NCBI GenBank assembly: GCA_013239625.1
Contig: MU053379.1
Location: 2,896,866-2,960,865 of the forward strand
Source: Lama guanicoe
Lineage: Eukaryota
DNA length: 64,000 nucleotides
Direction of reading: 5' to 3'
Each line of letters begins with the position of its first letter. Within the stretch, counting starts at the first letter, position 1. The notes under the pieces were generated by a model that saw only the letters and a program-made list of their open reading frames with translations, did no database searches and was not told the origin of the DNA. Of this stretch, positions 35,560 through 49,034 are shown piece after piece. The position numbers and the translations under genes were made by a program.

Positions 35560-38500
35560 AAAAGTAAGAAAACAGATGTGGAAGGAAACAAAATCAAACT
35601 TCTAAGACATCAGGAGAGCGAGTGAGGCTCAGTGTGATCAAGGGACTGACCTCTCCTCGCTCCCCTCAGCATCACGGAGGTGCCGCGTCCAGGCCTCCAG
35701 GTGGAGGATGCTGCGTGTCCTGCCTCCTCTAAGTCCCCAGCGCCCTCGGAGGCAGACGCTGCCATCACCTGCCTTTAGCAGATAAGGGAGCCCTAGGCAC
35801 ACGACCGGAGGTGCAGCCAAGACTGGAGCTCACCCAGGCCGACCTGAAGCCCGGCCCCCTCACGGTGACACCACGTCACAACCTCACCCCGTCAGGGTGC
35901 AGGTGGGCAGCTGGGTGGCTGCCGCAGGCAGGACCCACGTCTCTCTCCACCCGAGCAAGGCCTCGTGCTTTTGGTGTGTCACAACTACGACAACCCAACT
36001 TCAGGGAGGGAAACGCCAGAGACCCGCGCCTCCCAGTACGTCTACATGCAAATTTGCAACAGTAACTCTGCATTCATGTCAGCTTTGCATTCAAAAGAGA
36101 ACTGAACTTTGATGTGTTTAACAGACAAATTGCATTAAGACATTAAATCTGTAAGTCATTGTTAAAAAATAGTTTACTTATTTTAAGCAAAGGAAACTCT
36201 CCAGTCTTTGATATACGTACTTAGAAATATTTGTAAAATAAAATTCCTTTCCTTAACTGTCCTTTTCCATTTCACACATATTGATCTTTCCATATGTTTC
36301 AAATAACGATGAAAATAATAGGAACTGTTTTTAATAAAACCAAATCATAGCTCCTTTCATGTCCAAATATTTTGGGGGGAAGACGGAGGTGAAAAAGCTG
36401 CCTAAGCTTTAGACAAACCGAGTGGCAGTGGGAACAGCTTTAGAAAGAGATGCTGACGGCGCGGAGGAACTGGGCAGGCGCCGGGGAGGGTCCGCAGGCT
36501 GGGGCGGGGGCGCCCGGCACGGGGTGTGAGGTGGGCAGGACCAAGGCCAGAGCCCGCGTGAGGCCGGACAGAAGACAGGAGCACGACAGGCCTGTGTGTC
36601 TGCCCGACGCGCCAGGCGTGAGCGGAGGGGAAAGCGCACCCTGCGGAGTGAGCCGGCCCGCCGGGGACCTCCGACGGCCTCTGTCACGTACGGCGCTGCG
36701 CAAAAGTCCTCAGTAGCTTTTGAGCCTTAGCTGTTGACACAATGGGCCGCGGTATTTCTCTACGTGAACTGCAGAGGAGGATCAACAGGACATCTTGGAG
36801 TCCCCAGCAGAGTCTGGCACTGGGGTGCTGGGGGCATGAAGACCCTCCACCACTCCCGCCACCCCCCAGACACAAAGCAGCCCGGTGGAGGGAGGCCAGC
36901 AGGGAGGCCCCTTCACAGGCAGGCTGGGGAGTCCCCCAAGTCACCCCGAATTTTATTCATAATCTGTAGTTATTTTCAAGGTTTTTGTGACCCTAATTAT
37001 TTTCTAAATCAGTCACAGAATCAATTTGTTAAAAATTCATAGTCAAGGAAAAATGAAGCTATTTCAAATCATTTTCTCAGTCATTCTAATAAACCATAAC
37101 CCCTACTGTACACGTACGCGGGACACGTGCAGTTGATAAGGGCGCTAATTTAGCTGTTAAATTGTTGTCAGAGTAACTAAAACTGGTCCAAACAGCTGGT
37201 TTGGAATGTGCTACGTTTTGAATGCTGGCTGTTGGGTGCACGTTATTAATTACAACTTTTTAAAATACAGAAATGACTGCGTTTGTTTCAATAGTTTGCT
37301 ATTAGATTAGATGAAACTGATTTTATATGATTGTACTGTAATCTGTGACACACCCGTTTTACAGGTATTTTTTAAGTACTACAAGCACCCTTAATGTTTG
37401 GAAAAAAGTTTTTACCATCTTCGATCTTATTTCAGATTGAACACTTGATAAGTCACCACTGACATGATTTTGCGGCTCTCAGATTGAGGAAACCATCTGA
37501 AAGACGGCCAGGCCACACCTCCGTGCTCGCAGGCCGGGCCTCCCAGTGGCGCCAAGGCTTAGCGGCGGTGCGTCCCGCAGACAAGAGTGCCACCCAGAGG
37601 CCAAAGGAGGAAATTCAACTCGGGTTGCATTTAAGACAAAACTAACAAATGTTAAAAAATTTAAAACGATGTACTATCACTTATCTTATTAAAAAATAAG
37701 GAAAAACTTGTTATAAGTTATATATATTTTTTCTCTCTGCAGGAACAAAGCCTTCTAGTGCCAGGCCACATAGAAGTGAGGCTCTGAGAAACCTCACGAA
37801 GCGGAAACAGCCCCCGGAGGGCCCTAGTCACCGGCGCAGTCTGTCAATTACAAAACTGAATTTAACTGTTGTCTCTACAGCAAATGCTTCCTTTTCTCTT
37901 CATAATTAATATAGCATGTGTTTCCAGAAGTACATGTAAGTTTGGGAGCAACCAGCATGACCTACTTAGACATGTGGACCGAAAGTTACCCTAAACACCC
38001 AAGACACTTCTTACTTAAATGAGAAAACTTTCTTTCATTAGAAAGTCTTCTGCGTAATTTTCTTCTGGCAGAAGAATAAAGTTGACTTAGAGTAATTCTG
38101 TCTGGCCGACAGTCAGGGTTTCTATAACATATACCATTAATTGTTAAGGCTGAAGCAAACTAGTCAATGCTATTAAACGCATTAAAAAATTCAAGCTTCT
38201 AACGGCCTCAACAATAGGCTGATTATAAAACAGAGATTTACGATATCCCAGTGTTGCCTCAGAAGTCTGGATGTTGGGATTACCGCTAGCAATGGGCCAC
38301 CATTTAAGAGTTACGTATTTTGCAGCAAACCACAAAAGATCAAACTTACCCAGAAACATGGTATATATTAAGATGTGAAAATTATCTTAAGTATAAAAGT
38401 TGAAAACTCCTGTTTCTACACTGTAGAATCCAGTTTTTGGAATAATGCTTTTGGTTCTCAAATGTTATAATGTACGTATTTCACCTCATTCTATTGTTTC

Positions 38501-40146
38501 GTTGTCACCCCGACACACTTTAAAATAGGATGCTAAACTCACACCCACTGATGTGACTTCCCAGAAAACGCAACCTAGCAATACCAAGTGTTTACAGCTG
38601 ACTTCAAAGTCCAAGTTTGTTTGCCTCACGAGGGGGTTCTACAGCGCATTATCGCGTCCAACTAGATGTTTTTGCCACAGATCTTAGCAAAATGCTGCTT
38701 TCAAGTACAGCAGTGGCAGCCCGCCCTTCCTCCTCTGGTCCCATCACTGAGGGTCTCATGACCGTCTCTGCTGCCTCCCTTCCCTATTTTTACCCCTTGG
38801 TCTTCCACATGCCCCAAGCTGCATCATGCTGGAAAAGATGCTTCCACCAGCAACGAAGGCTGCAAAATATCTGAGCAAGGAGTACAGACAGGTCTCCTGG
38901 TATCTCTATATTGCCGCATTTATTTAGGAAAAAAATGAGCCAGCGTTCTGCTGAAACTGGAGCAAATATAACAGAGATATCTCAGCAGGACAGTATGGCT
39001 GTTACTTTGGAGAAAAGGCTCCATGATTAAAGCTCAAGGTGTTTATCAGGGAACATTTTACAAGAGTTTTAAATGGGGCCCAAGGTGAGGCTGGCAAATT
39101 AGGAGGATGTCCTCTGACATGTGTCAGAAAGTCTGGGTGTCTGCATCACACACCCAAACAATAAGACACAGACAGAAAGGACAGCTGCCTGGTAGTTTGT
39201 GAACGATTTCAGTTCACTGGTAAGCTATCTACAATTTAACGAGTAAATTCTAAGAGACTCCGCAAATCTCTCGTTGGCCAAGACTTAGACATAAAATTAA
39301 ATGCCTTAAAAATCTCTGGAAACTTTCCTATTTCTTCTTCCCATCTCCAATGCTACCATCTTAGTTCTCACCATTCAAAAACATCTTTATTTGTTTAATC
39401 ACGTCCTAATTAATCTCTGTCCAGGCTCAACTTCCTACTGTACCCTACCGCCATCCCATTTCTAAGTCCCTCCTCCAGATTAATCTCGGTGGCTTCACAA
39501 ACCAATCACATCACTTGCCTCCTTGATATTCAGGCGGGAGGTCAAGATTCAGCGGTCCTGCACCCCCCCCCGCCCCCCCCCGCTAGCAGGGGGCCTCCAG
39601 GAACAGCCAGGGCTGCAGGCTGCTTGTCAGAGGCTCCCTCGGGCCTTCTGTTTCAACTTCACCACCACTCGCGCTCCTCTGAGAGAACTTACGGCCTCGT
39701 CAAGAGATGTCAGGACCCCTCGTTTATGGCTGAGGTCATTCACAAAAACCTCCTAACTCCTAAAACAATAGTTTTCAAACATTTTTAAATGACCCAAATC
39801 ATTGTCTTCCAATAATATCTAATGTCAAACCGCAACAAAAAGCGGTTGAGATAAATCATTTTGAGGTTGACATCAGGCAGGGGTGAGAAGTGGGCCGACC
39901 GCAGGGTAAAATTCAGATCTGGCTGGTGAAGCACAGAGTCAGCACTTCAGCAGCGAGACCCGCAGGGATGGGAGACGTCTGCCTGACGTGTCCGAAAGCC
40001 CACTGCTGCTGCGGTGTGTGGAGCGGCTGAAACTACTGGGGATTTCAACATTTCGGAGGCGCCTTGACAAACCCCAACAATTAAACCTGCAGAGTGACGT
40101 GCACTTTCCAAATAATAGTCTGCCCTGAGGAGGGCGTCAGGGCTAC

Positions 40147-40302
40147 CTGGTCGTCGCTGGTTAAGCCCAGGTGCATGGCGAGGTAGCAGTGCACCAGGAA
40201 GTCCGAGCTGGGCAGCACGTCCTGGCGTCTGGTCATCATGGCACAGATGAGCTTGTAGGCTTGGAGTTTGCCTTCCTTATACTCCTTTGGCAATGTCGTC
40301 GC
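40147..40302 (-). CDS. RALGAPA2: RALGAPA2 coding exon (156 nt, phase 0-0): [52 protein letters not shown]
   Basis: tggcag|GCG acceptor and CAG|gtagcc donor. Overlaps ORF 40081..40293. Confidence 0.95.
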
Positions 40303-40534
40303 CTGCCAAGGAGACGTGGAGAGATTTAATCAACTCCAGAGGCAGATGCGTTTCATCCTTTCATCTACTTCTCAGTTCTGCATAAAGTTGTTTATGGAGG
40401 TGGGGGAGGCGCTGGCTTGAGAAAGACCCAGCCTGTCTTCAAAACATGCAGTCGAGGGCAATTACATTTTTTAAAACTCAATTTCAGAGAGGAAGAGGAA
40501 ATCACAACAAAGGAACAAACACATATTCACTTGC

Positions 40535-40633
40535 CTTAAACAGCCATGACGCAAACATTCTGAGCGGTGGGGTCAGGGTGGGAGGACACGGAGAAGACTG
40601 GTTATCCAGGCTCACTGCTAGATTGTCCCGTAT
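40535..40633 (-). CDS. RALGAPA2: RALGAPA2 coding exon (99 nt, phase 0-0): [33 protein letters not shown], ending at a GC donor
   Basis: cactag|ATA acceptor. Donor is AAG|gcaagt (non-canonical GC). Conserved IRDNL...PPLR..WLFK peptide. Confidence 0.93.
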
Positions 40634-41462
40634 CTAGTGCGTGACAAGGAGAATTTTAGGGAGGGCAACACCGTCCACCCCAGTCATGTTTCAGTATAGT
40701 GCTCCACGGTCAAATAGCTGCTTCCAATTAAATTTCTGCAAGTTGAGTGAGAAGCTACAATAGTTAGACGAGTTTTTCTTCTATCATGAGCTCCATTGTC
40801 TTTTTGAATTGTGTGGGGTTTTAGATTTAATATAGAACAAGGGTATTGCTTCTCCTTGGATCTTGATGCCTGGAGAGGTCGACCTGAACTCCAAATGATA
40901 AGGAATGGTTTCACAAGTTTTACTGTATAAACACGGATCATGTTTCCGCAAAAAAAAAAAAGGTAGAAAAGGTAGTAACCTGGGGGAAATGCATGTTACA
41001 AACAAAAGCAAAAAGCAGAATGAAAACTGTATGTACTCTAAGATTCTACGTCTGTAAAAATGTGTTTATCCACAGAAATAAGAATAGATATTAACATCGG
41101 TTTACTCTGTGGACGGTGAGGTTTACTTTCTAAGCATTTTTCTACATTTTTCAAATTTTGTACAATAAAGCCAGTGTGGCTTTTATAAAGCCAGTAACTA
41201 AAACTACTGTATAATATCCCATTCTCAACCATCCTATAGCACAGTCTACTTATGCATGAAATGAAATAACTCTTAGGCATTTATAAAATGACCAAACTGC
41301 AAGTATTATCATTTGTTCTCTGGTAAGCAAACGTACGTTGTCTAAACAAGCACATTTTTTTGGTCCAGAGTATGTTGAGAAGTTACGTGCAGTACGGCTT
41401 TTACAGTAAGCAATAGATCGATTTTCGCACGTTAGAATAAGAAGGAACACAGCAGGGCGTAC

Positions 41463-41656
41463 CTTGGCTAGTTTGTACCAGAGCTCATAGAGGTAGCCGA
41501 AAACCCTGGCGTGGATCTGGGGTGACTGGATATTATTCACGTCCCCGAGGATTCCCAGGACCCTCCGCCACAACACGGCGGCGGAGTCTGGGTGCCAGCC
41601 GGCGAGGGTCCCCCCGGCGACGATGCTGCAGTCGTCGGCAAGGCACTCGCTGCTAT
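41463..41656 (-). CDS. RALGAPA2: RALGAPA2 coding exon (194 nt, phase 1-0): (D)[64 protein letters not shown]
   Basis: ccgcag|AT acceptor and AAG|gtacgc donor. Conserved RalGAP-alpha motif [18 protein letters not shown]. Confidence 0.96.
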
Positions 41657-42599
41657 CTGCGGAGAAAAACGCGTGTCAGCCCCGTGGACACAGCTTTGAT
41701 TTCATCATCACAACGTTTTTTCCTTTCGTGCAAGCTACCTCCGCTTGAAAACATGTGTACTCAGAGCGAAATAATGAAGACCAGGTGTGAAACGGCCGAC
41801 AACTGGGCAGGACAGGGGAGTGGACGGGGAAAGGTCCAAGGGGGCCGACTGCTCCATAGAAGGGCAGCACCCAGAGATGACAGGGCTGTTCCTGGAGACC
41901 CTGCGACGGGCTTCATAAGCAGCGGAGGGGGAGGAGGACCTGAGTAGGATGGGTGGGGAATGTGGCCATGAAAAAAGGCAAGTTTGGTTTACTGACTGCT
42001 TTGCTTCAAGCCTGACCATATACCAGTTAAATGGTATGTTTTAGAAGCCCTGCCTGTCTGCCCAACAGCATTACTCTAAATAAACTTTATTCTTCTCTCT
42101 TCATCTTTTGGGGTGAAGTTCTAACAACTTCCTAAACAGACTTACCAATAGCCTTCTGTTTCCAGCCCCGCCATTACCTCCCACTCCTGAAGGACCTCGT
42201 AGGGGCATCTTCAGGTCATTTCAGGGAACCCGCAATAACCGTCCTCAGGCTGCGTCCTGGCTTCCCCCACTACTGACACAGGGTCCAGGGCTCCGTCACT
42301 GTGTCACCCGTTTGCTACTTGGAAAATGTGCTGCTTTCCTCCTGCCATCGACGCCCTGGGGTATCTACGTCTAACTTCACACACATCCTTACTGTGACCT
42401 GGGTGGGGTTGAGGGCGCAAGCGGGGCTCTCTGTGTCTGTCCATTCTGCTATCTTTGACTGGAGATGCATTAATAAGGCATTTTAAATGCCTCTGTCATT
42501 CATTTCTTGAGCTTACTTCATGTTCTTAGTTGATCATATTTTTGTTTACTTTTAATACATTTATTTTCTGTTCAACAATTTTTTCTGGAATCACTTTTT

Positions 42600-42985
42600 T
42601 AAAAATATACTTCATTTTTTTAAGAACAGTTTTCGACTTATAAAAATTGCAAAGATAGTACAGAGTGCCCATGTAACCCACACCCGGTTTCCCCGTTACT
42701 AACATCTTAGCAAGTGTGGTGCTCGTTGTCACGAACGAACCAACACTGAAACGTTATTATAAAGCCCCTACGTCACTGAGAGCACTTTGGTTTTCAAACT
42801 AGAGTCTTTGTTCTGTTCCAAGACACTACCCAGATCACATGTATCTGTCATGTTTCCTTAGCCTCTTCTGGGCTGTTACAGTTTCTCAGACTTTCCTTGT
42901 TTTCGATGAGCTTGACGGTTCTGAGGGGCACCGATCAGATACTCTGCACAATGTTGTTCAGCCAGGATTTGTCATGACAGATCAC
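42600..42985 (-). mobile_element. L1MC-like 3' UTR fragment
   Basis: 'aaaattgcaaagatagtacagag...taacatctta...cagtttctcagactttccttgttttcgatga'. Confidence 0.75.
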
Positions 42986-43029
42986 TCAGTCACTTAGTTA
43001 CTCTTTTGCTTTCACATTTGCATTTCTAG

Positions 43030-44400
43030 AGAGAAACTGTCTTACCCGATGTATGATCTTTCCCCAATATTCTTGGATTTCGTTCGCTGATGCTTTATTT
43101 AGGATTTTTGCTTACATGCTTTTAAGTGAGATAAACTCTAATTTTCCTTTTTTAATACTTTGTCTGGTTTTATCACTGAGGTATCACAAGGTAAACAGTA
43201 GATGTTAGGGAGCTTCCTTTCTTTCCTGTGTCTACAACAGGTTGAAAGAGAGAGTTTCTCTTTTATTTGAAGCTTCAGTAAAACTGGGAATTGTCCTTTA
43301 TTTTTATGTCTATTCGAATTAACCTACTGTATTAGCTTTAAATTGTACACTGCTTCTGTAGCTCTGTTCCCTTTTCCACCTCCAGTATGTTTTCTGGGGT
43401 CAATCTTGCCTAACTGTCTATTTTCTGAATGTCTTCTGCAGAGTGGTCTTTGTTTTCCCTACTGCTCCCTAGTATTTGTGTGTGTGCTTAGCTTTATTGG
43501 GGCTTTTTTTTAATCAACTTCTATGTATTATTGTCATTCTTTTCCCAATTTTTTGAATAAGAAACATAGATCAATGTTCTTTGCTTCTAATGGACACCTA
43601 AGGCCATATATTTTCCTCTATGTAAGTTTTCAGCTACATTTCTCTGTAGTCCAGTTAGAAATATTTTCCAGTTCAAAATTTGATTTTTTTTGGACCTAAT
43701 TTATCTGAAATGCAGTTTTCAGTTTCTTAATGTATTTTTCTTCTCTTTTTCTTTTTGTCCTTCTTAGTTTATTTCATCACATTTACAGAATATAATACAG
43801 TTTCAAATCATGGACATTTGTTGAGACTTGCTTAATGATCTAATTGGTCAATTTCTGTAAATGTTCCATGTGCTTTAAAAAATCACAGGTATTTTTAAAC
43901 TAACTTCAAAATTTTTTATATCCAAAGCTCTCCATTCAATCAAGGTTAACCGTATTGTGTAAGTCTTCTCTATTCCAATATTTTTTCTGCTTAACTCATC
44001 AGTTAATGAGAGCTGATATTAAAATTTCCTACTATGATCATGGTTTTATCAGTAGTTCCTTCAATTCTGTCGAATTTTACTCCATACAGCTGGAGGCTCT
44101 GAACTTCATGTAAGTTTGGAGTTACTGCTGTCACTAATAGATGATTTCTGCCTTAAAGTTTACGTGGCTGACCACACGGAGCTGCACCGGTGGCCCGCCT
44201 TCCTTCCCTTCTATCAACACTTATGTCTTCCCCTGTGTATTCAGGTGACCTCTTGTAAACGTCACACGGCTGCACTTTATTGCTTCAGCCTAACCCAGGG
44301 GTTTCTGACGCTAACTGCGAGTTCAGGCCGTTTTATCTTTGCTGCAGCTGCTGAGTTACAACCTACTTTAGGGTTTGGGTTTAACCCACCTTGGCTTTGC
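43030..44400 (-). mobile_element. Highly degenerate old L1 ORF2 remnant
   Basis: T-rich tract with 'tttaggatttttgc', 'tggtcaatttctgtaaatgttccatgtgc', 'attaaaatttcctactatgat'. Confidence 0.65.
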
Positions 44401-47049
44401 TTCTCTTTTGAGTCTCTGCTCGGGGTGTAAAGAGTTGTGTCCCACCCCCCACCAATCCCCCTCACCTCCCCCACCCCGGTTATTGACACAATCGTTCCCA
44501 AAGTTGTCCTCCTCACCCCCTACAAATGAAGGAGGACTCATGTGCAGGCAATTGCCACCACCGGGAGCATCACGCTGGGGGCTGACGCTGTGGGGTTTTT
44601 AAGGCCTAATCACAGAAACGGAGGCACCATCCATGGATGGGAGGAACCCACGTCAAGGAATGACCAGAGCCAGCGAGGGGCAGGAGTGAGTGTGGCAGGA
44701 GACAGGGCAGATCCAGGGACGGCTCCGCGTGCCTGCAGCTCGCGCCCGTGAAGGCCGCGAGTGGCTTACTGTAGTAGTTACGGAAAGATCCCAAGACACG
44801 GAAACCAAGGATTTAATGAGGATGGCGCACGGGGTCAGGCCTTCCCAAACCCAGGAGCACTGTTCCCTCTCAGAGCAAGACACGTCTGTACTCCCCACAT
44901 GGGTGTCACGGAACCCGCTGGGCAGACGCAGGCGTGCCAGGCCGAGCTCCCGCGCTGGCGCGTGCAGGGCCCACAAAAGCCTGGGGCCCCGCCTGTTGGG
45001 CTCACTGCCTTTGACAAAACCCCACAGAGAGGCTCGTCCTCCTGACGTTCAGTCTGCAAAGGGGGCACGGTACCCAGCCTGCCAGTCTGGGAGGGTGTGC
45101 TGAAGCCCCCGTGAGCCCTACAAACCAACTCGGCCTGCAAGGGAGCAAGCAGCATCAAGCAGCATCGATCCTTCCCCTGAAGAGCGCCACGAGGCCGCTA
45201 AGTCCCCTGGGCGGTGACAAAGAGAAAAGTAAGGGGGTTAGATGACTTACGGCTTTGTTTCACCCCAACCGTCACCCCTGACACGCAGCCACCTGAGACG
45301 GAGACGAGCCCGCAGAGTTCTGGCCACGCTGGGACTTCCCTTGAGTGACAGCTCTGAGCGACCTGGGCCAGGCGCCCTGCTACCTGCCTCCCTGCCACCT
45401 GCCACCCAACGCAGTGTCCGCCATGGAAGGAGCCCTCATAACAGATCTGCTTCGGCGCCACTCTGCTCTCAGAGAAACGTCCACCTCAGTGGTACAATCT
45501 ACGCAACATCCTCCATCATGTCAGCAAAACACAGGGAGTCCTTTAAAAGTATCTGGAATGATTACATGCCCAATATTATTATGAAAAAAATATTTTAATA
45601 ACTCGAAATGTTTTTGCCCAAAATGATTCCACCAGTGACAGAAGCCACAGAACAGATGCTGACATTTCACATGTGGACGGTCCCTCAGCGGAGCAGCACT
45701 TAATTAAAAATTGGGATTTGAGAGATTGCAGGAAATCCCACGTTTGCCTTAAAAATACCAAAGACTTAGTTTCTCCTCTGTCTTATGAGCAAGCCGGTAT
45801 GCTAGCCTAGTATCTTCTTGGGTCATTATTGTTACAGAGACATTAAAAAAATAATTAAGGTGGGTAACCTTGCCAACAAATAAAACTGTATCACCTTCCT
45901 CCAAACACATACAGGACTTCCACAGAGCAACATAAAGTTCTGAACTTTGCAAATCTGCAAAGGCTTTTAGCCGTGAAGTAAGTCTTGGTAACTAGGACAA
46001 CAGGCACCAGTGACCACACGGCGACTTCATGTGGCAACAGTGTTATGCAGCTTGGAAAGCGCTGAGGAAACACAGCCAGGGCCTTGGAAATGATTTTCCC
46101 TTTAACTTGAAAACTAAACCAAAGGCACCAACCCAAAGGCTCAATGGAAACACAATGATTGATTCTGGGACCAGAAAAATCAAGCCTAGACTTTGCTGAT
46201 CCAAAGAGGAGACCGGCGAGGTGGCGTGCCGGTGCCCATGGTGGCCCACTCTCCTCTCCGGCCTCGTCTGCCTGCCGGGGACACACAGCACCCATTTTAA
46301 AGATTTCAAACGTGAGCAACACATGATCCCTATCATCATCACTTCTCTTGATAACATTTTCTATCTTCAAAGCAGATCAAAGTCTGGTGAAAACGCCAAA
46401 AACGTATGCGATGGCAGAGAACGCAGACAAACAATTCCTGCAAAAACAGTTTTGGTGGCAGGTAATGGTGAAAATTAAAAGGAGAAGCCGTAATCAAAAG
46501 CAGAAGTGGTAAAAGGTTTCCGTGATGACACTTAGAGGCAGGTCTGTGATAAACATACTAAATAAAAGAGATTTTGAAACTGAATCTTATTTTTAAAGGT
46601 TAAAATGTAATTGCTGTTTTTAGCTAAATCGAACAACAGCCTGCAGCTTAAAGCTTCTTCAGTCATTGGTTCAAGTACGTACTGACCATTCCTCTCCTGC
46701 CGGGCACCGTTCCAGCAGCCAGGAGCAGCTGTGGAGACAACCAGCCACAGTCCCCCTCCCGGAGCTTATCCTGCAGCAGAGCCACCCAATGAGCCTCTCC
46801 CGACAAAGGTAAAATGTTGGAAACCACTTCTTACGGAACCTTTTCTTAAAACGTACCACCAATCTGATGGCAGCCTGGGAAGGCAGGAGCGCCAGGGCTG
46901 GCGCTCACCCTCCAGGTTCCGCTGACCTGGGACGCTTAAAGTTTCTTCCATGATGAAAGTCAAGTTCTAATTGTGCTGAAGTTAAATTAGTGATTGACAT
47001 TTCTCTTATAGTTAGAATTTTTTTTCATCTAACAAAACCTTCCCAAAGA

Positions 47050-47165
47050 AAATGAAAAAGAATCCATGTATATATATGTATGACTGGGACATTACACTGC
47101 ACCAGAAATGGACACATTGTAACTGACTACACTTCAATTGAAAAAAAGAAAAAAAGAAAAGAAAA
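47050..47165 (+). mobile_element. Short camelid-type L1 3' tip with poly(A) tail
   Basis: 'atgtatgactgggacatta...caccagaaat.gacacattgtaactgactacacttcaat' followed by an A-rich tail. Confidence 0.75.
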
Positions 47166-47733
47166 CCTTTCTTACCCTAAGGTCTTAGACATATTTTTAG
47201 AAGATATTTTCTTCCAAAAGGTTTTGGAATTTCCTTTTTGCATTTACGTATTTCCTGCACTTGGCAGTGGGCAAGGTATGGGGTAGGGATTCTATTTCAT
47301 TTTCTTCCCTGTGGAAGAAACACTTGCCCCGCAGGCATTTGTGGGGCAACACATTCCTCCCTGGTCAGACCGGGAGGGCCACCTCTCACGCATCAGTTCC
47401 ATGTCTGTGTGGATTCAGTGTATATTTTATACTCCAGTCCCTTCATCTATCTCTGTGATTAAAGCTCCCTTTAAATAAATCTCTTAGCACTTATCACATC
47501 ATTTGTTCTCATCAGAATAAATGCCTTACTTTCGGTCCTCTTGGTCAGCCCTTAAGTCAGCTGTAGCCATGTCTTACTCATCTGTTCATTTCTTACAGCA
47601 TCAAAAGCAGCATTTCTAGATTATAAGCTGAATCTGCTGAATAGAAGATGAGTTCAGCAGCAATAATGATTCTTAGCTACAGAGTCATAAATATTCCCCC
47701 CTGAAAATCACAAGCTCAGCAGAATAAAACTCA

Positions 47734-48292
47734 TGCGCGAGTTAACCAGATCTTCTTATTTTTGGTATTCTTGCTGCTCTGGCACTGGGGCTGCCCTGAC
47801 AGGAAAGGACTGCCTATCCCAGGGTTAGCTCACTCCTAGAGATGGTGAACAGCTCACCAGGGAGCATGTCTTTCACACGCAGACTCAACAGTCCAAAATT
47901 CAGGCCTCCCAACCACCGCCTCTACATGGCTCTTACCATCAAACAGATACCCCCTTGCCCTGATCACTGCGGGCCAGCGACCAGGCGACCAGGGCCAGTG
48001 TCTGTGCTCCAGGGTCTGCTGCAGTCATCCAAACCAGCCAGTCCTGAGCCTGCCTGGCCTGCCCTGCCTCCCCTTTCCCACAGAAATGATGACAAAGGCT
48101 AACGCCCATGTTTCCCCGTCTCTTCCTGCCTCCCCAGGTGCCCGAGTGGCATGCCCTGCCCCATCTCATGCACAGGGACCTGTGCATGTGAACTCCTTCC
48201 TTCAAGACAATCATGTCCATGTCCTGCCATACAAACGCCAGATGTCTTCTGAAACAACACACAATAAATCTAGCTGGTATTTTCAGAAAACA
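47734..48292 (+). mobile_element. Solo LTR, MER74-like (ERVL)
   Basis: TG...CA ends. 'ggactgcctatcccagggttagc...tcctagagat', 'ccaaccacc', 'gccctgatcac', 'cagccagtcctgagcctgc' match the recalled MER74 consensus. Confidence 0.75.
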
Positions 48293-49034
48293 TGAAATGA
48301 CTTAAATAAGAAAGCAAATAAAGAACAGAACTGTTAGCTTGCCAATGATAAAGGAATCTAAGATCTTAGAAGCAGTTTATTATTCTAAGCATTTGATAAT
48401 TGGTAGGGTTTTCGATGAGAAACAGAGATACAGGCAAATTGCTGGGTCACTCTGTTTGCATGTCCTAGAGATTAGGCTAACGTGAGTTTTAGTTTGTCCA
48501 TTTATGAAGAAACTGTTCTCCTAAGGACAGAAAGTTAAATTCAGAACTGTGTTAATCCTTAAACCTTATCATGTTACAGTTTGTCCTTTTCACAGATGAC
48601 AAGATGAACTATTGAACTGAGTGTACTGATTCTCTATGTTAGGATTTCAAAGAAGAACTAAGTGTTTGGAGGAGTTAATCACAACCCAAAGTGCATCATG
48701 TAAAATTACCCGACACAAGTTTATTAAATGGAGCTGTCCCACGCAACTCTGAGGCGGATCAGAACTAATCTCTCCAGAGGACAGACAAAAGAGGTAATCA
48801 CCCAGTTTTCTTTCTTTTCAATAAAAGTAATTAAAACTAGTTCTTGTTGAAGTAAATTCAACTTACGGAAAATTCAGTATCGCCTCCGATAGTACCATGA
48901 TAATTTCCCTTGGATAATCTATGTTGGACCCAAAGAGGCCATTTATTCCATAAATGTATTAATGATTCTCAAATAGTTGAAAGGGGTTTGCAGCTGTAAT
49001 TTTAACAGCAGCGCAGAAAAAAGGAGCAGATGTA

